Shown piece after piece: positions 47,761-56,896 of a stretch of DNA of 64,000 nucleotides; position 1 is the stretch's first letter; each line of letters starts with the position of its first letter. The DNA lies in UHGV virus genome UHGV-1383976; one strand, given 5' to 3'. The notes below the pieces were generated by a model. That model made no database searches, was not told the origin of the DNA, and saw nothing but the letters and a program-made list of their open reading frames with translations. The DNA comes from a virus. Made by a program: the position numbers and the translations under genes.

Positions 47761-48315
47761 ATGAAACATTACAAGATTTACGGCGCGACTTGCTACAGCT
47801 TTGAAGCTCCAGTAGGCAAAGACCAGATTGTCAGAATTGAGTTTATGCCGGAGGAGGACGATACGGAGGACGTTTCGACTTTCTATATTGGACTGCTTGT
47901 TTATGATAAGCGTAAACGTAATCATGCTCTCAATCGCTGGATTGGCCTTGTCAATTTGGATGAGGATGGGTATGTGCGTGGTGATGAGTATCCAATAACT
48001 GGTAAGCATCAGCTTGAAACCTTTGCTATCGCGCGCAAGTTATTTCTTGAAGGGATTGAAGCCGTGCGGAGTGTGTATTGTTCTTCTTCTCTTACCTTTA
48101 TTGTTGAAGCAAGCGAGGAAAAGCGCGCACGAGTATATGATAGATTTTTGAGCCGTTATGGGTGGCGGGCGCATGGCGCCAATGATTACGCCGCTCAGAT
48201 TGGATGTAGTTTGAAATGGAGTAAGTATTATCTCCCCAAAGACTGGGACGAGCTTTTGGAACGTGAAAGCAGTTTTGCTAAAAAGGAGAATGAGTATGTC
48301 GAACTCGAATATTGA
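47761..48315 (+). CDS. hypothetical protein
   Basis: ORF. Confidence 0.5.
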   Translation: MKHYKIYGATCYSFEAPVGKDQIVRIEFMPEEDDTEDVSTFYIGLLVYDKRKRNHALNRWIGLVNLDEDGYVRGDEYPITGKHQLETFAIARKLFLEGIEAVRSVYCSSSLTFIVEASEEKRARVYDRFLSRYGWRAHGANDYAAQIGCSLKWSKYYLPKDWDELLERESSFAKKENEYVELEY

Positions 48316-48462
48316 TTGGTACATTAGTGTTAGTTCGCTCAAGGATGTATTGGATGAACTAGCCATTGATTACGCTATGTATGATGACGCTTTACAGGCA
48401 ATATGCGATCTTTCTGACCGGATAGACGCCATGCTTGAGTGAGATAAGATTGGAGTGGTAAG

Positions 48463-48783
48463 ATGATAAATGAGTCTGAAAGATGTTATACAGCGGCTGA
48501 AGTTGGTAATATGATTTCTACCGTTGAATATCATTATGGTGATGAGTGGGGACCGAATGGAATTACGGCACTGGAGGATATGCTAGGTATTGATCATTTT
48601 GGTGATGAAGTAGCCGAATGGGCACACACTGACCACTTGCCGCAAGGTTATATTAGTATCAGTGAATTGCTCAAAAAGATGATAGAAATTAAACAGCAAG
48701 ATTTGAATGTAAAAAACTTTGTAAAAATATTGACGACTTGGGTTCTAACAAACCAAAATAATACGGTGGTGATAATGAAATGA
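48463..48783 (+). CDS. hypothetical protein
   Basis: ORF. Confidence 0.45.
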   Translation: MINESERCYTAAEVGNMISTVEYHYGDEWGPNGITALEDMLGIDHFGDEVAEWAHTDHLPQGYISISELLKKMIEIKQQDLNVKNFVKILTTWVLTNQNNTVVIMK

Positions 48784-49238
48784 CAAAGGAAGTCCGGGAA
48801 GTCCTCGCGGAAGTCTTCGCAATCGCATCTGCATTATTGCTATTTTCTGCCCTTGCAGCTTGTCTAATACTGACAAGTTGCGGCGGGCAGCCTGAAGAAA
48901 AGAATTGGCTTGTTCAGTCGTGGGCGCAGATTCAGGGCGTTTGGGAAAGTGAATCTTACACTGACCAGAATGGTGAGATACATTCATTGGTTTATAGTGA
49001 AATGCATGAACTAATGATAAGCGGGGATTCAATTGTTTCAACTTATTGTGGCAGCTCAAACACTGGCCGCATTTGGCTATGGGCGATTGACGATGAAACA
49101 TATATTTATCACACGACTATTGGTTTGACGATTGGATTTACGGAAGACACTTTCGGCGCGACGCCTGATGGTAGGAATGTTGTATGGTATTGCCGCGCAA
49201 GTGAGTCAGAAACTGGATTCGAAATGTTTAATAAGTAA
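48780..49238 (+). CDS. lipoprotein
   Basis: signal peptide + LILTSCGG lipobox. Confidence 0.45.
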   Translation: MTKEVREVLAEVFAIASALLLFSALAACLILTSCGGQPEEKNWLVQSWAQIQGVWESESYTDQNGEIHSLVYSEMHELMISGDSIVSTYCGSSNTGRIWLWAIDDETYIYHTTIGLTIGFTEDTFGATPDGRNVVWYCRASESETGFEMFNK

Positions 49239-49279
49239 AGCGGGCCATGAATTCCAAGTAAAAATTATAAGTTGAAAAT

Positions 49280-49309
49280 TTGATTTTTCCTCAAATTTTC
49301 GCTATAATA
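49280..49309 (+). promoter_or_regulatory. family-A promoter
   Basis: TTGATT-18-TATAAT. Confidence 0.55.
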
Positions 49310-49385
49310 TATATGTAAGATAAAGAAAGAAACAAAACAAAATTAAATGGCGCGTGCGGCCATACCGACGAGAAGGAGAAAGAAA

Positions 49386-49760
49386 ATGACTACTAGAGAG
49401 CTTTATGTTGCAGTTATCAATGGTGAGATGAATGACGAGATGGTTGAGAAGGCTACCGCTCTTCTGGCTACTATGGACAAGGCAAAGGAAACCGCGAAGA
49501 ATAAGCCCAGCAAGGCCGCTCTTGCCAATGAGAAGTATCTGACCTATCTCAAGGCAAATGTGCTGACCAATGAGGGCAAGATTGGTTCCGAGCTGGCCGA
49601 TGCGCTTACCGCGGCTTTTGCAGAGGACTTCAGCGAGAAGCCCTGCTCCGCTACTAAGGTTGCGAGCATCCTCAAGGCCAGTGTCGCTGACGGCACTGTC
49701 GTCAAGGAGAAGACCAAGATCGACAAGAGCGAGCGCACCACTTACGCGCTGGCTGAGTAA
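49386..49760 (+). CDS. GC-rich winged-helix-like protein (paralog of 59395..59766)
   Basis: RBS aaggaga; aligns with the second GC-rich gene (TRELY/TAREFY...KDG..V.EK). Confidence 0.5.
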   Translation: MTTRELYVAVINGEMNDEMVEKATALLATMDKAKETAKNKPSKAALANEKYLTYLKANVLTNEGKIGSELADALTAAFAEDFSEKPCSATKVASILKASVADGTVVKEKTKIDKSERTTYALAE

Positions 49761-49802
49761 GACCAGTAGCACCTATAAGTGCAATTGCCTTAGAAAGTAA
49801 AT

Positions 49803-49845
49803 AGAATACGCGCTCTGTCAATTTGACAGGGCGCTTTTCTTATAG
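49803..49845 (+). terminator. rho-independent terminator
   Basis: cgcgctctgtcaa/ttgacagggcgc followed by a T-run. Confidence 0.6.
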
Positions 49846-49970
49846 GGGAAGGCAAGGCCGCACAAACTAGTGGACGCACGTATAGGTTCGAGAGGAGTCG
49901 TCGCTAGGAGCCACGAAAAATTTGAGAAAAACGTATGTGTGAAGAACTATATTCTAGGAGGGATTTTGAA

Positions 49971-50321
49971 ATGAATTTGATTACAATTAGTAAAGCTGGA
50001 GACAATGAAGAACTTTGGACAGATAACTTAGATACATTTGAAATGTTTTATGGATTGCATATTCCAAAAAATACAAATTGGATTGAAGCTGCAAATGAAC
50101 TGACTTATGATGCTTTCAAAGTCTGGATGTATTGCGCGGCTTATCCTTTTGATAAAGAATTGGATGAAGGAATTACAAAATGGTTGTTCAATATGGATAG
50201 AGAAGATTTTTGTGCGGCAATCAATGAGTTATCTTATAAAGGTTATTTGAGAATGGATATTGGTGGTTTTCAATTTAGCCGTGATGGAAGTTGGAAATTT
50301 GCTCAGGATTCTGAACATTGA
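49971..50321 (+). CDS. hypothetical protein
   Basis: RBS taggaggg. Confidence 0.45.
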   Translation: MNLITISKAGDNEELWTDNLDTFEMFYGLHIPKNTNWIEAANELTYDAFKVWMYCAAYPFDKELDEGITKWLFNMDREDFCAAINELSYKGYLRMDIGGFQFSRDGSWKFAQDSEH

Positions 50322-50419
50322 TATTTGTGTTCGGAAATCCGCACATGAAAGAAGGTGAAGCTTAGGGAACGTGTTTGTGCCAAGTGTAAAGTTTATAGTT
50401 TATAGTTTATGAGGTGTCT

Positions 50420-50629
50420 ATGAAAATGGATGATATAAAAGATAAGGTGAGGAGTAAGACTAAGTTATTCAAATGTTATAGTTCAGATTTAGCGGGGTAT
50501 TTATGTCTAAAAGGGTTCAAAATAATATCTACATCACCAAATAAAACAAAACCACAATATAATACTTTTTCTTTTTTTGATACACCTGAACTGCACTCAA
50601 CAATAGATGATTATATGAATAACAGATAA
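50420..50629 (+). CDS. hypothetical protein
   Basis: ORF. Confidence 0.4.
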   Translation: MKMDDIKDKVRSKTKLFKCYSSDLAGYLCLKGFKIISTSPNKTKPQYNTFSFFDTPELHSTIDDYMNNR

Positions 50630-50679
50630 ATGTTTTACTTTGTGCCAAGTACCAAGTACCAAGTGCAGGAGGTTTACCC

Positions 50680-51441
50680 TTGGAATATGATTTTGAAAGC
50701 CGCAAGAAAGATACGGCTATTGTGAATTTGACAGATGCTTTGAATGTAATAGATCTTTATGAGGATGGAGATTTAGAAAAAGCTCTTGAATTAGCTATTG
50801 GTTTATTAGCCCTAGGATTTGGGGCGTCATTTGAAACAGATGACAGAGAAATACAAAGGTTATTACGTAGTCGAGAATATACATCTGCGCGGGATAACCA
50901 AAAATATTTGAATGTAAAGAATACCAACGCCGCGCGTCAAAGAAATAAGCTTCAGGTTGATGAAATTCTTGATATGCTTAGTAATGGTGCGAAGCAATCA
51001 GTTATGGCTGATTCATTAGCTATACCTTTGGCTACTTTGAAGTATCGAATAAGAGTGATAAAGGAAAAATATCCCGAAGAATATAATGAAGCAATAGAAA
51101 AGTGTAAAAAGTATAAAAAGTATAATGAAGTATCAAAAGGTTGGCGGAATGATAAGGTAAATGATAATGATAAGGATAATGATAAGGTAAATGATAAAGA
51201 TAATGAAAAAGAAGAAGTAGTTGATTCTGGTTATTTTATCAATGGCGATGGTTATATAGAAAGTTTAGGTTTTTATCTTGGAGAAAAGTATAATAAACTT
51301 TGGACTGATTCAGAAAAAATTCGTACAGCTTATTTGAAAAGTCATTTTGATTTTACCGATGAGCAAATTGCTGACATAAATGAGATGGTTGAAGAAGAGA
51401 ATGAATATCAACGCAATGGGGCTGTTGATTTAGGATTGTAA
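50680..51441 (+). CDS. HTH-containing putative transcription regulator (TTG start)
   Basis: region resembling sigma region 4 / LuxR HTH (GAKQSVMADSLAIPLATLKYRIRVIK); KDNDKVNDK repeats. Confidence 0.45.
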   Translation: MEYDFESRKKDTAIVNLTDALNVIDLYEDGDLEKALELAIGLLALGFGASFETDDREIQRLLRSREYTSARDNQKYLNVKNTNAARQRNKLQVDEILDMLSNGAKQSVMADSLAIPLATLKYRIRVIKEKYPEEYNEAIEKCKKYKKYNEVSKGWRNDKVNDNDKDNDKVNDKDNEKEEVVDSGYFINGDGYIESLGFYLGEKYNKLWTDSEKIRTAYLKSHFDFTDEQIADINEMVEEENEYQRNGAVDLGL

Positions 51442-53460
51442 AAAAAGTATAAAAAGTATAAAAAAGATAGCTTTGTGATTTTTTAGTTTTTTTATATGCT
51501 TACTCAAAGGTGCGGCCGCTGTGTAAGTTGAATTTTCCAAAAATTTGGAATGGGTATAAGTCTAACTTACCGTGATGACCTTGCGCGATGGCAACGCTGC
51601 ACCTGTAAATAAGGCAATTGTGCAAGTCAAGTCAAATGTCAAGTCGCTTGTTTCATTTGACATTTGACTTGACACATTTGACATTTGACTTGACAGTGTT
51701 GTTTGGTTTTGATATTTACCTTACTTACAATCTTACCTACACGTGTGTCTTCACCAATTTTGGTAGGAACGCCGCCCTGTAAGTAAGGTAGGAATTTTGG
51801 GATGTTAGAATTTTCCAGAAATTCGGTAAGTGCGGCGTGTTAGAAAAATTCTAGAAATTTTGGGACGTTGAAATTTTCCAAAAATTTCACCGTTGATGGA
51901 GTAAGAAAAATTGTGAAAAATTTGTGAATTTTTCAATTGGACGAAATTTTTAGGACTGCGAATTTTAGGAGAGTAAGTAAGTCTCCTACACTTTATATTG
52001 TAAGTAAGGCAGATAAGTTAACTTATAAGTAAAATATATAAGTAAGACTTATAAGTAAGACTTATAAGTTAACTGTGTGTTCTACTTATAAGTTAATTGT
52101 ATGTCCTACTTATAAGTTAACTGACAGCCCAACCTATAAGTTAACCTAGCGACAAACGGACCCAAGTCCGCCTCGCGGGAGGGAGTACAAGCTCCACCTA
52201 TAAGTCAACTGAATTCCAAACCGCGCGCCCTACTTATAAGTTAACGGGAGGGCATTGTGTGCGGGAAAGCAACTGAGCCAGCGTGTGTGTGTTGTTGTAC
52301 TGTAGCTCTCAACTGCGTAGCCAACCTATAAGTTAGCGAACACGTAAGCGAACGCCCACTCCACAACGCTTGGAAACCTAATGGTCGAGGCCTTGTGCGG
52401 GGTATGGGGAGGCGTTTTTATGACAAAAAAGGGATGGTAGTGCAAACTTTTATACAAAATCAAGTTTTTGATTTCACTATCCCAACACAATATCTTGTGG
52501 TCGACGGTTAGACGGTCGAACAGTTAGCTAACCTATAAGTAATACTTATAAGTAGGGCCTACTTAACCTTTTCTCCAATTTTTGGGGAAATTTTTTTATG
52601 TCAAATTTTGGAAACAAAATGGCGCGGCACGATTGGTTCATCAAAAATATTCTTGCCAGAAATTACCCGTAATTCCACAATTCAACTTATTAATAGTCTT
52701 GTTCGCGCACGTGTTGCCAAAACTTTTCTAGAGTCCAATCCTTCTCTCAAAAAATTTTTCGTGGCTCAGAACGAATAAAATCAGTCGTGATGGTGCGGCA
52801 ACGTTCCAGATGGGGCTTACAGGCGCGCCTTGGAAAATTTTACCAGCCGTGGTAAATTTTGGGAAATTTGTAAAATTTTGGGAACAGCTGCTAGACTGGC
52901 CGGTCGCCGCGATTCGTATCTCGCGTCATCTTTGTGCGGCCAACTCAATGGTCAGAAAAGTTGCTTTTTTTTACAATGTAGCGTTTTGTGATTTGTCATA
53001 CAATAAAAACAGAAATCGCGTATGGAAAATTTTGGAAGCACCGCACAATTATTTCCAGCTTTTCGTTTTAGCTGTTGGGTATATGAAAAATTTGGCGGCC
53101 TCGGTTTTAGGCGGTCTGGCTTTTCCAGCTTTCTCCAGCTTCTTCCAAATTTCCAAAATTTTCCAGCTTATGGTTCAGCTTTTCCAGCCGCTACAGCTGC
53201 AGCTTTTTCAGCTTTTTGACGTCGGCCCTTACGTATCGCCACAGGTGCGGCCACACAAGTAGGTATGGCCTCGCCACGGGATTACGCGCGATTGGTAAAT
53301 TCTGTAAGAAATGGTAAAATTTGGAAGCCGTGGTACTTATTGGATGAATTGTCAAATTCTGGACGAATTGTCAAATTCTGGTAAAAGAATTACCAAATTT
53401 TGGTAAAAAGAATTGTCAAATTCTGGTAAAACTTGAAAATAAAAATTTAGACTACGTTAG
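51442..53460. repeat. 2-kb repeat-rich noncoding region (multiple repeat families)
   Basis: large palindrome GTCAAGTCAAATGTCAAGTC...GACTTGACATTTGAC (51628–51700); TTTTCCAAAAATTT family; ~12× (C)CTATAAGTTAAC (51995–52560); TTTTCCAGC tandem (53090–53225); 3× GAATTGTCAAATTCTGG (53320–53425). Confidence 0.7.
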
Positions 53461-53466
53461 TCTAAA
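53446..53466 (-). promoter_or_regulatory. palindrome TTTAGACTAcgTAGTCTAAA (copy 1)
   Basis: 20-copy inverted-repeat family. Confidence 0.6.
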
Positions 53467-53502
53467 ACAAAAAAACAAAAGGAAGATTTTTCAATCTCCC
53501 TT

Positions 53503-53694
53503 TCATTTCTCATATCTTTCATAACCTATAACTTGAATTTCTTCATCTTCACCATTCACGCGTTTTATATAATAAATATTATTTTCATATTTTACAAGCA
53601 TAATTCTTACATAATCAGCATCTTCGGCGCAAGTTGAAAAAAGTCTTTCATCTTTTATAATTTCACCGTATCTAATAATTTCGTGTGAATCCAT
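53503..53694 (-). CDS. small early protein
   Basis: RBS aaaaggaga; own promoter and terminator. Confidence 0.45.
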   Translation of the reverse strand: MDSHEIIRYGEIIKDERLFSTCAEDADYVRIMLVKYENNIYYIKRVNGEDEEIQVIGYERYEK

Positions 53695-53714
53695 TTTTAA
53701 ATTCTCCTTTTCAT

Positions 53715-53781
53715 TTAGTAATTGTATTATACACCAAAATTCTAAAATGTCAAGCATTATTTTAGACTAACATAGTCTAAA
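53715..53781 (-). promoter_or_regulatory. palindrome (53761–53781) + TTGACA-N-TATAAT promoter
   Basis: minus strand: palindrome, ~20 nt, TTGACA, 16–17 nt, TATAAT, RBS, ATG. Confidence 0.6.
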
Positions 53782-53801
53782 AACAAAAAAAGGAAGATTT
53801 T

Positions 53802-54161
53802 TCAATCTTCCTCGCTCTCGTCTTTCTTCTTTGCTTCACGCTCGGCGGCTTTCGCTTCACGGCGTGCCTTATCGCGTGCTATCTTCTTCTCTTTCTCCGC
53901 GGCTTTCGCGGCGGCCTTCTCCGTCTTTTCAGCAAGTTTGAGCGCGTAGCCCTCGCGCCGTGCGTAGCAGTCGTCTCCATCCTCATCCTTCGGAATTTTT
54001 ATGACTACCTGCACACAACCTTCTTCCCCATCATCGGCAACGACAGGGAAACTAAATACACTTGCCCCTTCAAGTCCTACATCTTCGCCCATTTTCTGCG
54101 CATAGCTCATAAAAAATTCTACAAACTTCGCACGAAGAACATTAGCATTTTTAACAGTCAT
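53802..54161 (-). CDS. early protein, family A copy 1 (acidic; KIPKDEDGDDCY)
   Basis: paralog of 55717..56058. Confidence 0.5.
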   Translation of the reverse strand: MTVKNANVLRAKFVEFFMSYAQKMGEDVGLEGASVFSFPVVADDGEEGCVQVVIKIPKDEDGDDCYARREGYALKLAEKTEKAAAKAAEKEKKIARDKARREAKAAEREAKKKDESEED

Positions 54162-54204
54162 TTTCAAATTCTCCTTTTCTTATTTTGTGAGTAAAGTATA
54201 TCAC

Positions 54205-54270
54205 CATTTTCTATAAAAGTCAATAGTTATTTTTTCAATAATGCCGCGCGATTAGACTACCGTAGTCTAA
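54205..54270 (-). promoter_or_regulatory. palindrome (54252–54270) + TTGACT-17-TATACT promoter
   Basis: as above. Confidence 0.6.
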
Positions 54271-54287
54271 CTTTTATAAAGCAGGAA

Positions 54288-54533
54288 TTACTCCTGCTCA
54301 GTCATTTCATCCTCGGCAGTATCTTCTCTCCAATAAGAGCATTCCCCATCGAATTCGGCTTCTTCAAGGATATAAACCAAACCATCTCTTGCTTCTCGAA
54401 AATCCTTTTCCCATTTGCCATCTTCCTGACTGTATGCATACAGATTATCAAGAATCTTTGCGGCGTGCTTCAAGGCTTCTTCTTCTTCCGAACTAAGAAC
54501 ATACTTCTTTGAAATGCAAGTGCGAACTATCAT
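54288..54533 (-). CDS. early protein, family B copy 1
   Basis: paralog of 56190..56420 (LDNLY...G.WE.DF.EA.D). Confidence 0.5.
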   Translation of the reverse strand: MIVRTCISKKYVLSSEEEEALKHAAKILDNLYAYSQEDGKWEKDFREARDGLVYILEEAEFDGECSYWREDTAEDEMTEQE

Positions 54534-54574
54534 TTTTAAAATCTCCTTTTCATAATTTCTGAATAAATTATAAC

Positions 54575-54632
54575 ACAAATTTTTTGAAAAGTCAAGTTTT
54601 ATTTCTTTTGATTTTAGACTAAGTTAGTCTAA
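54575..54632 (-). promoter_or_regulatory. palindrome (54613–54632) + promoter
   Basis: as above. Confidence 0.55.
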
Positions 54633-54674
54633 TTATGGGATTTTGTGAAAAATTTCACAAGTTGAGTCAAAAAA

Positions 54675-54696
54675 GGAAACGTTTTACAACGTTTCC
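54675..54696 (-). terminator. rho-independent terminator
   Basis: ggaaacgtt/aacgtttcc hairpin. Confidence 0.5.
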
Positions 54697-55556
54697 ATTT
54701 TATTCAAGAAGGCTTCAACTGTTCCAAGTTCGCGGAAGGGAAAATATATAATTCCTATTTCATATTTGCCTTTTGTCCGTTTGTGAATTTCCGCGAAAAT
54801 TTTGCTTTCAATTTCTGCGTCAGAAAGTGCGGTATGCTCTTCATCAAAATCAAAATTATTTTCCAAAAAGCGAAAAGATGTTTCTGCACTTGTCTTGAAA
54901 TATTTCCCGCTTGCCGTTATCCAATCATTATTGACACAAGCCTGCTTGTATTCATCATTATTGAGTAAGTGCCGCGCCGACAAGCCCCACAAATCAAACA
55001 AAGGATAGGCAACGCCATGAAAACGGAAAACTTCGCTTTCAAATTCTTTGCGGCTTTCGTATCTTCTGCCATTTGCGATATACTCACAAGTGCGCTCTTG
55101 CAGGGCAAGCCAAGAATGAAACTGCGCGGAATAAAGATTATTTATGTAAAGCTCTGTAAATGGAATTGCTTTCTTGAAGTCAAACATTGAATTATACGCG
55201 CCTACGGCGGAAACTTCGGACAAATCGCGCTCAAGAACTGATACCGCGCGCTTCCAGTCGGTTAGCTCAATTTCGTCGCGCTCCAGCCGTTCAAGATAAA
55301 TCGGGCGTTTGCTTGCATAGTATGCGGTATCAAAAACGGCAGGAACGCTGAAAATCTCACTTATCAGAAAACTGCGGCGGCGATATACATTTCCTTTTGC
55401 GTCAATTATCTGCCATCCTAAATCATAAATAAGCGGCTTCGCAATAGCAACTTTCTGCTTCGCGTCGGCGGGCAGGTCTGCGGCGCATGGTAGTGTAGCA
55501 GTTTCACAGTCAAGAATCATGTAGTATTTGCGGCGGCGGTCGAGTCTCTTTTCCAT
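54684..55556 (-). CDS. DEDDh 3'-5' exonuclease (DnaQ-like)
   Basis: Exo I LDCETATL, Exo II YNSMFDF, Exo III HTALSDAE. Confidence 0.65.
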   Translation of the reverse strand: MEKRLDRRRKYYMILDCETATLPCAADLPADAKQKVAIAKPLIYDLGWQIIDAKGNVYRRRSFLISEIFSVPAVFDTAYYASKRPIYLERLERDEIELTDWKRAVSVLERDLSEVSAVGAYNSMFDFKKAIPFTELYINNLYSAQFHSWLALQERTCEYIANGRRYESRKEFESEVFRFHGVAYPLFDLWGLSARHLLNNDEYKQACVNNDWITASGKYFKTSAETSFRFLENNFDFDEEHTALSDAEIESKIFAEIHKRTKGKYEIGIIYFPFRELGTVEAFLNKMETL

Positions 55557-55599
55557 TTTTTTCAATTCCTTTTCATATGTTGTCAAGGGTTCGTCTTCG

Positions 55600-55693
55600 C
55601 TCCCTTGCAAGTATTATTATAGCACCACCGCGCAAGAAAGTCAATCGTTAGTTTTTTCACAAGCCCCAATTTTTAGACTAACTTAGTCTAAAA
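55600..55693 (-). promoter_or_regulatory. palindrome (55672–55693) + promoter
   Basis: as above. Confidence 0.55.
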
Positions 55694-55716
55694 AATCCAT
55701 AAAAAAGGGAACTTTT

Positions 55717-56058
55717 TCAAGTCCCCTTTTCGGCCTTTTCGGCCTTCTTCGCTTCGCGGCGCGCTTCATCCTTGGCAATTTTCTTCGCCTTTTCGGCGGC
55801 CTTCTCTTTGGCCTTCTGTGCTTTCTTCTCCTGATTCATGGCGTACTCTTTACGGCGGCTGTAGCAGTCGTCTCCATCCTCATCCTTCGGAATTTTTATG
55901 ACTACCTGCACGCTTCCTTCCTCTCCGTCATCAGCGACAACGGGGAAGCTGAAAATATTTGTGGCTTCAAGGCCAACATCTTCACCGCTTTCCTGTGCAT
56001 ACTCCATAAAAAACTTTATAAACTTTGCCCGCATTGCATTAGCATTTTTTACAGTCAT
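55717..56058 (-). CDS. early protein, family A copy 2
   Basis: paralog of 53802..54161. Confidence 0.5.
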   Translation of the reverse strand: MTVKNANAMRAKFIKFFMEYAQESGEDVGLEATNIFSFPVVADDGEEGSVQVVIKIPKDEDGDDCYSRRKEYAMNQEKKAQKAKEKAAEKAKKIAKDEARREAKKAEKAEKGT

Positions 56059-56094
56059 TTTTCAAGTCTCCTTTTCATTTAGTAATTGTATTAT

Positions 56095-56156
56095 ATCAAA
56101 AGCCGCGCTAATTGTCAATAGTTTTTTTCTGTAAATTTAGACTAAGTTAGTCTAAA
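56095..56156 (-). promoter_or_regulatory. palindrome (56136–56156) + TTGACAAT promoter
   Basis: as above. Confidence 0.6.
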
Positions 56157-56166
56157 AAATATAAAA

Positions 56167-56181
56167 GCGGGATTCTCCCGC
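56167..56181 (-). terminator. rho-independent terminator
   Basis: gcggga ttc tcccgc with a T-run on the minus strand. Confidence 0.55.
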
Positions 56182-56189
56182 ACTTAGGG

Positions 56190-56420
56190 CTAGTTAATTG
56201 AAGTATAATTTTCTTCCCAGAAAGTTCCCATATCATTCTGCTTTAACTCGTTTATAAGATAGTGGATACTATCGTTCGCTTCCTGAAAGTCGCCTTCATA
56301 CTCTCCATGTTCTTCACTCTTATTATAAAGATTGTCAAGAAGCTCTGCGGCCTTGTGGAGTGTGTTTATATCTTCATCTGAAAGAAAATAGCGTTTAGTA
56401 GAGTAAGTCTTGATAATCAT
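56190..56420 (-). CDS. early protein, family B copy 2
   Basis: paralog of 54288..54533. Confidence 0.5.
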   Translation of the reverse strand: MIIKTYSTKRYFLSDEDINTLHKAAELLDNLYNKSEEHGEYEGDFQEANDSIHYLINELKQNDMGTFWEENYTSIN

Positions 56421-56459
56421 TTTCAAAATCCTCTTTTCTTATTTTGTAAGTAAAGTATA

Positions 56460-56521
56460 GCACAATTTTTTTAAAAAGTCAAGTTTCTTTTGCTTGTGGA
56501 TTTAGACTAACTTAGTCTAAA
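56460..56521 (-). promoter_or_regulatory. palindrome (56501–56521) + TTGACT-17-TATACT promoter
   Basis: as above. Confidence 0.6.
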
Positions 56522-56548
56522 CGCATATAAAAAGACTGACGTTTTCTG

Positions 56549-56776
56549 TCAGTCAATTTCAAATACTCCGTCAATGGGAATTACTTCATGAAGTTCATTG
56601 AATGTTGTAATATCTCCATCACAAAGGCGAACTGCGTTCCATTCATTATAGTCGCTATCTTCAATAGAACTTATTTTCATATAGATACTATCTATTTCAT
56701 CAGAAAGAGCGAAGCAATCTCCGCGATTAATCATTCTATATTCTACGGACTTATTGAACTTTCTACGAATTTCCAT
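56549..56776 (-). CDS. small early protein
   Basis: RBS aaagggga. Confidence 0.45.
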   Translation of the reverse strand: MEIRRKFNKSVEYRMINRGDCFALSDEIDSIYMKISSIEDSDYNEWNAVRLCDGDITTFNELHEVIPIDGVFEID

Positions 56777-56814
56777 TTTTATTTCCCCTTTCGTTTTGTA
56801 AATATATAATACCA

Positions 56815-56871
56815 TATGCCGCACGATTTGTCAACAAGTAATTCAATCTGTTTTAGACTACAGTAGTCTAA
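56815..56871 (-). promoter_or_regulatory. palindrome (56852–56871) + promoter
   Basis: as above. Confidence 0.55.
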
Positions 56872-56880
56872 CATTAAAAA

Positions 56881-56896
56881 GACGCCTTATGGCGTC
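56881..56896 (-). terminator. terminator hairpin gacgccttatggcgtc
   Basis: GC hairpin flanked by A/T. Confidence 0.5.

Noticed and set aside
52810-53262. 150-aa ORF (and nested 53022..53219) in the repeat region
   Set aside because: Composed of TTTTCCAG-type tandem repeats; it has no RBS; the low-complexity protein (FQLFQ…) is a repeat artefact.
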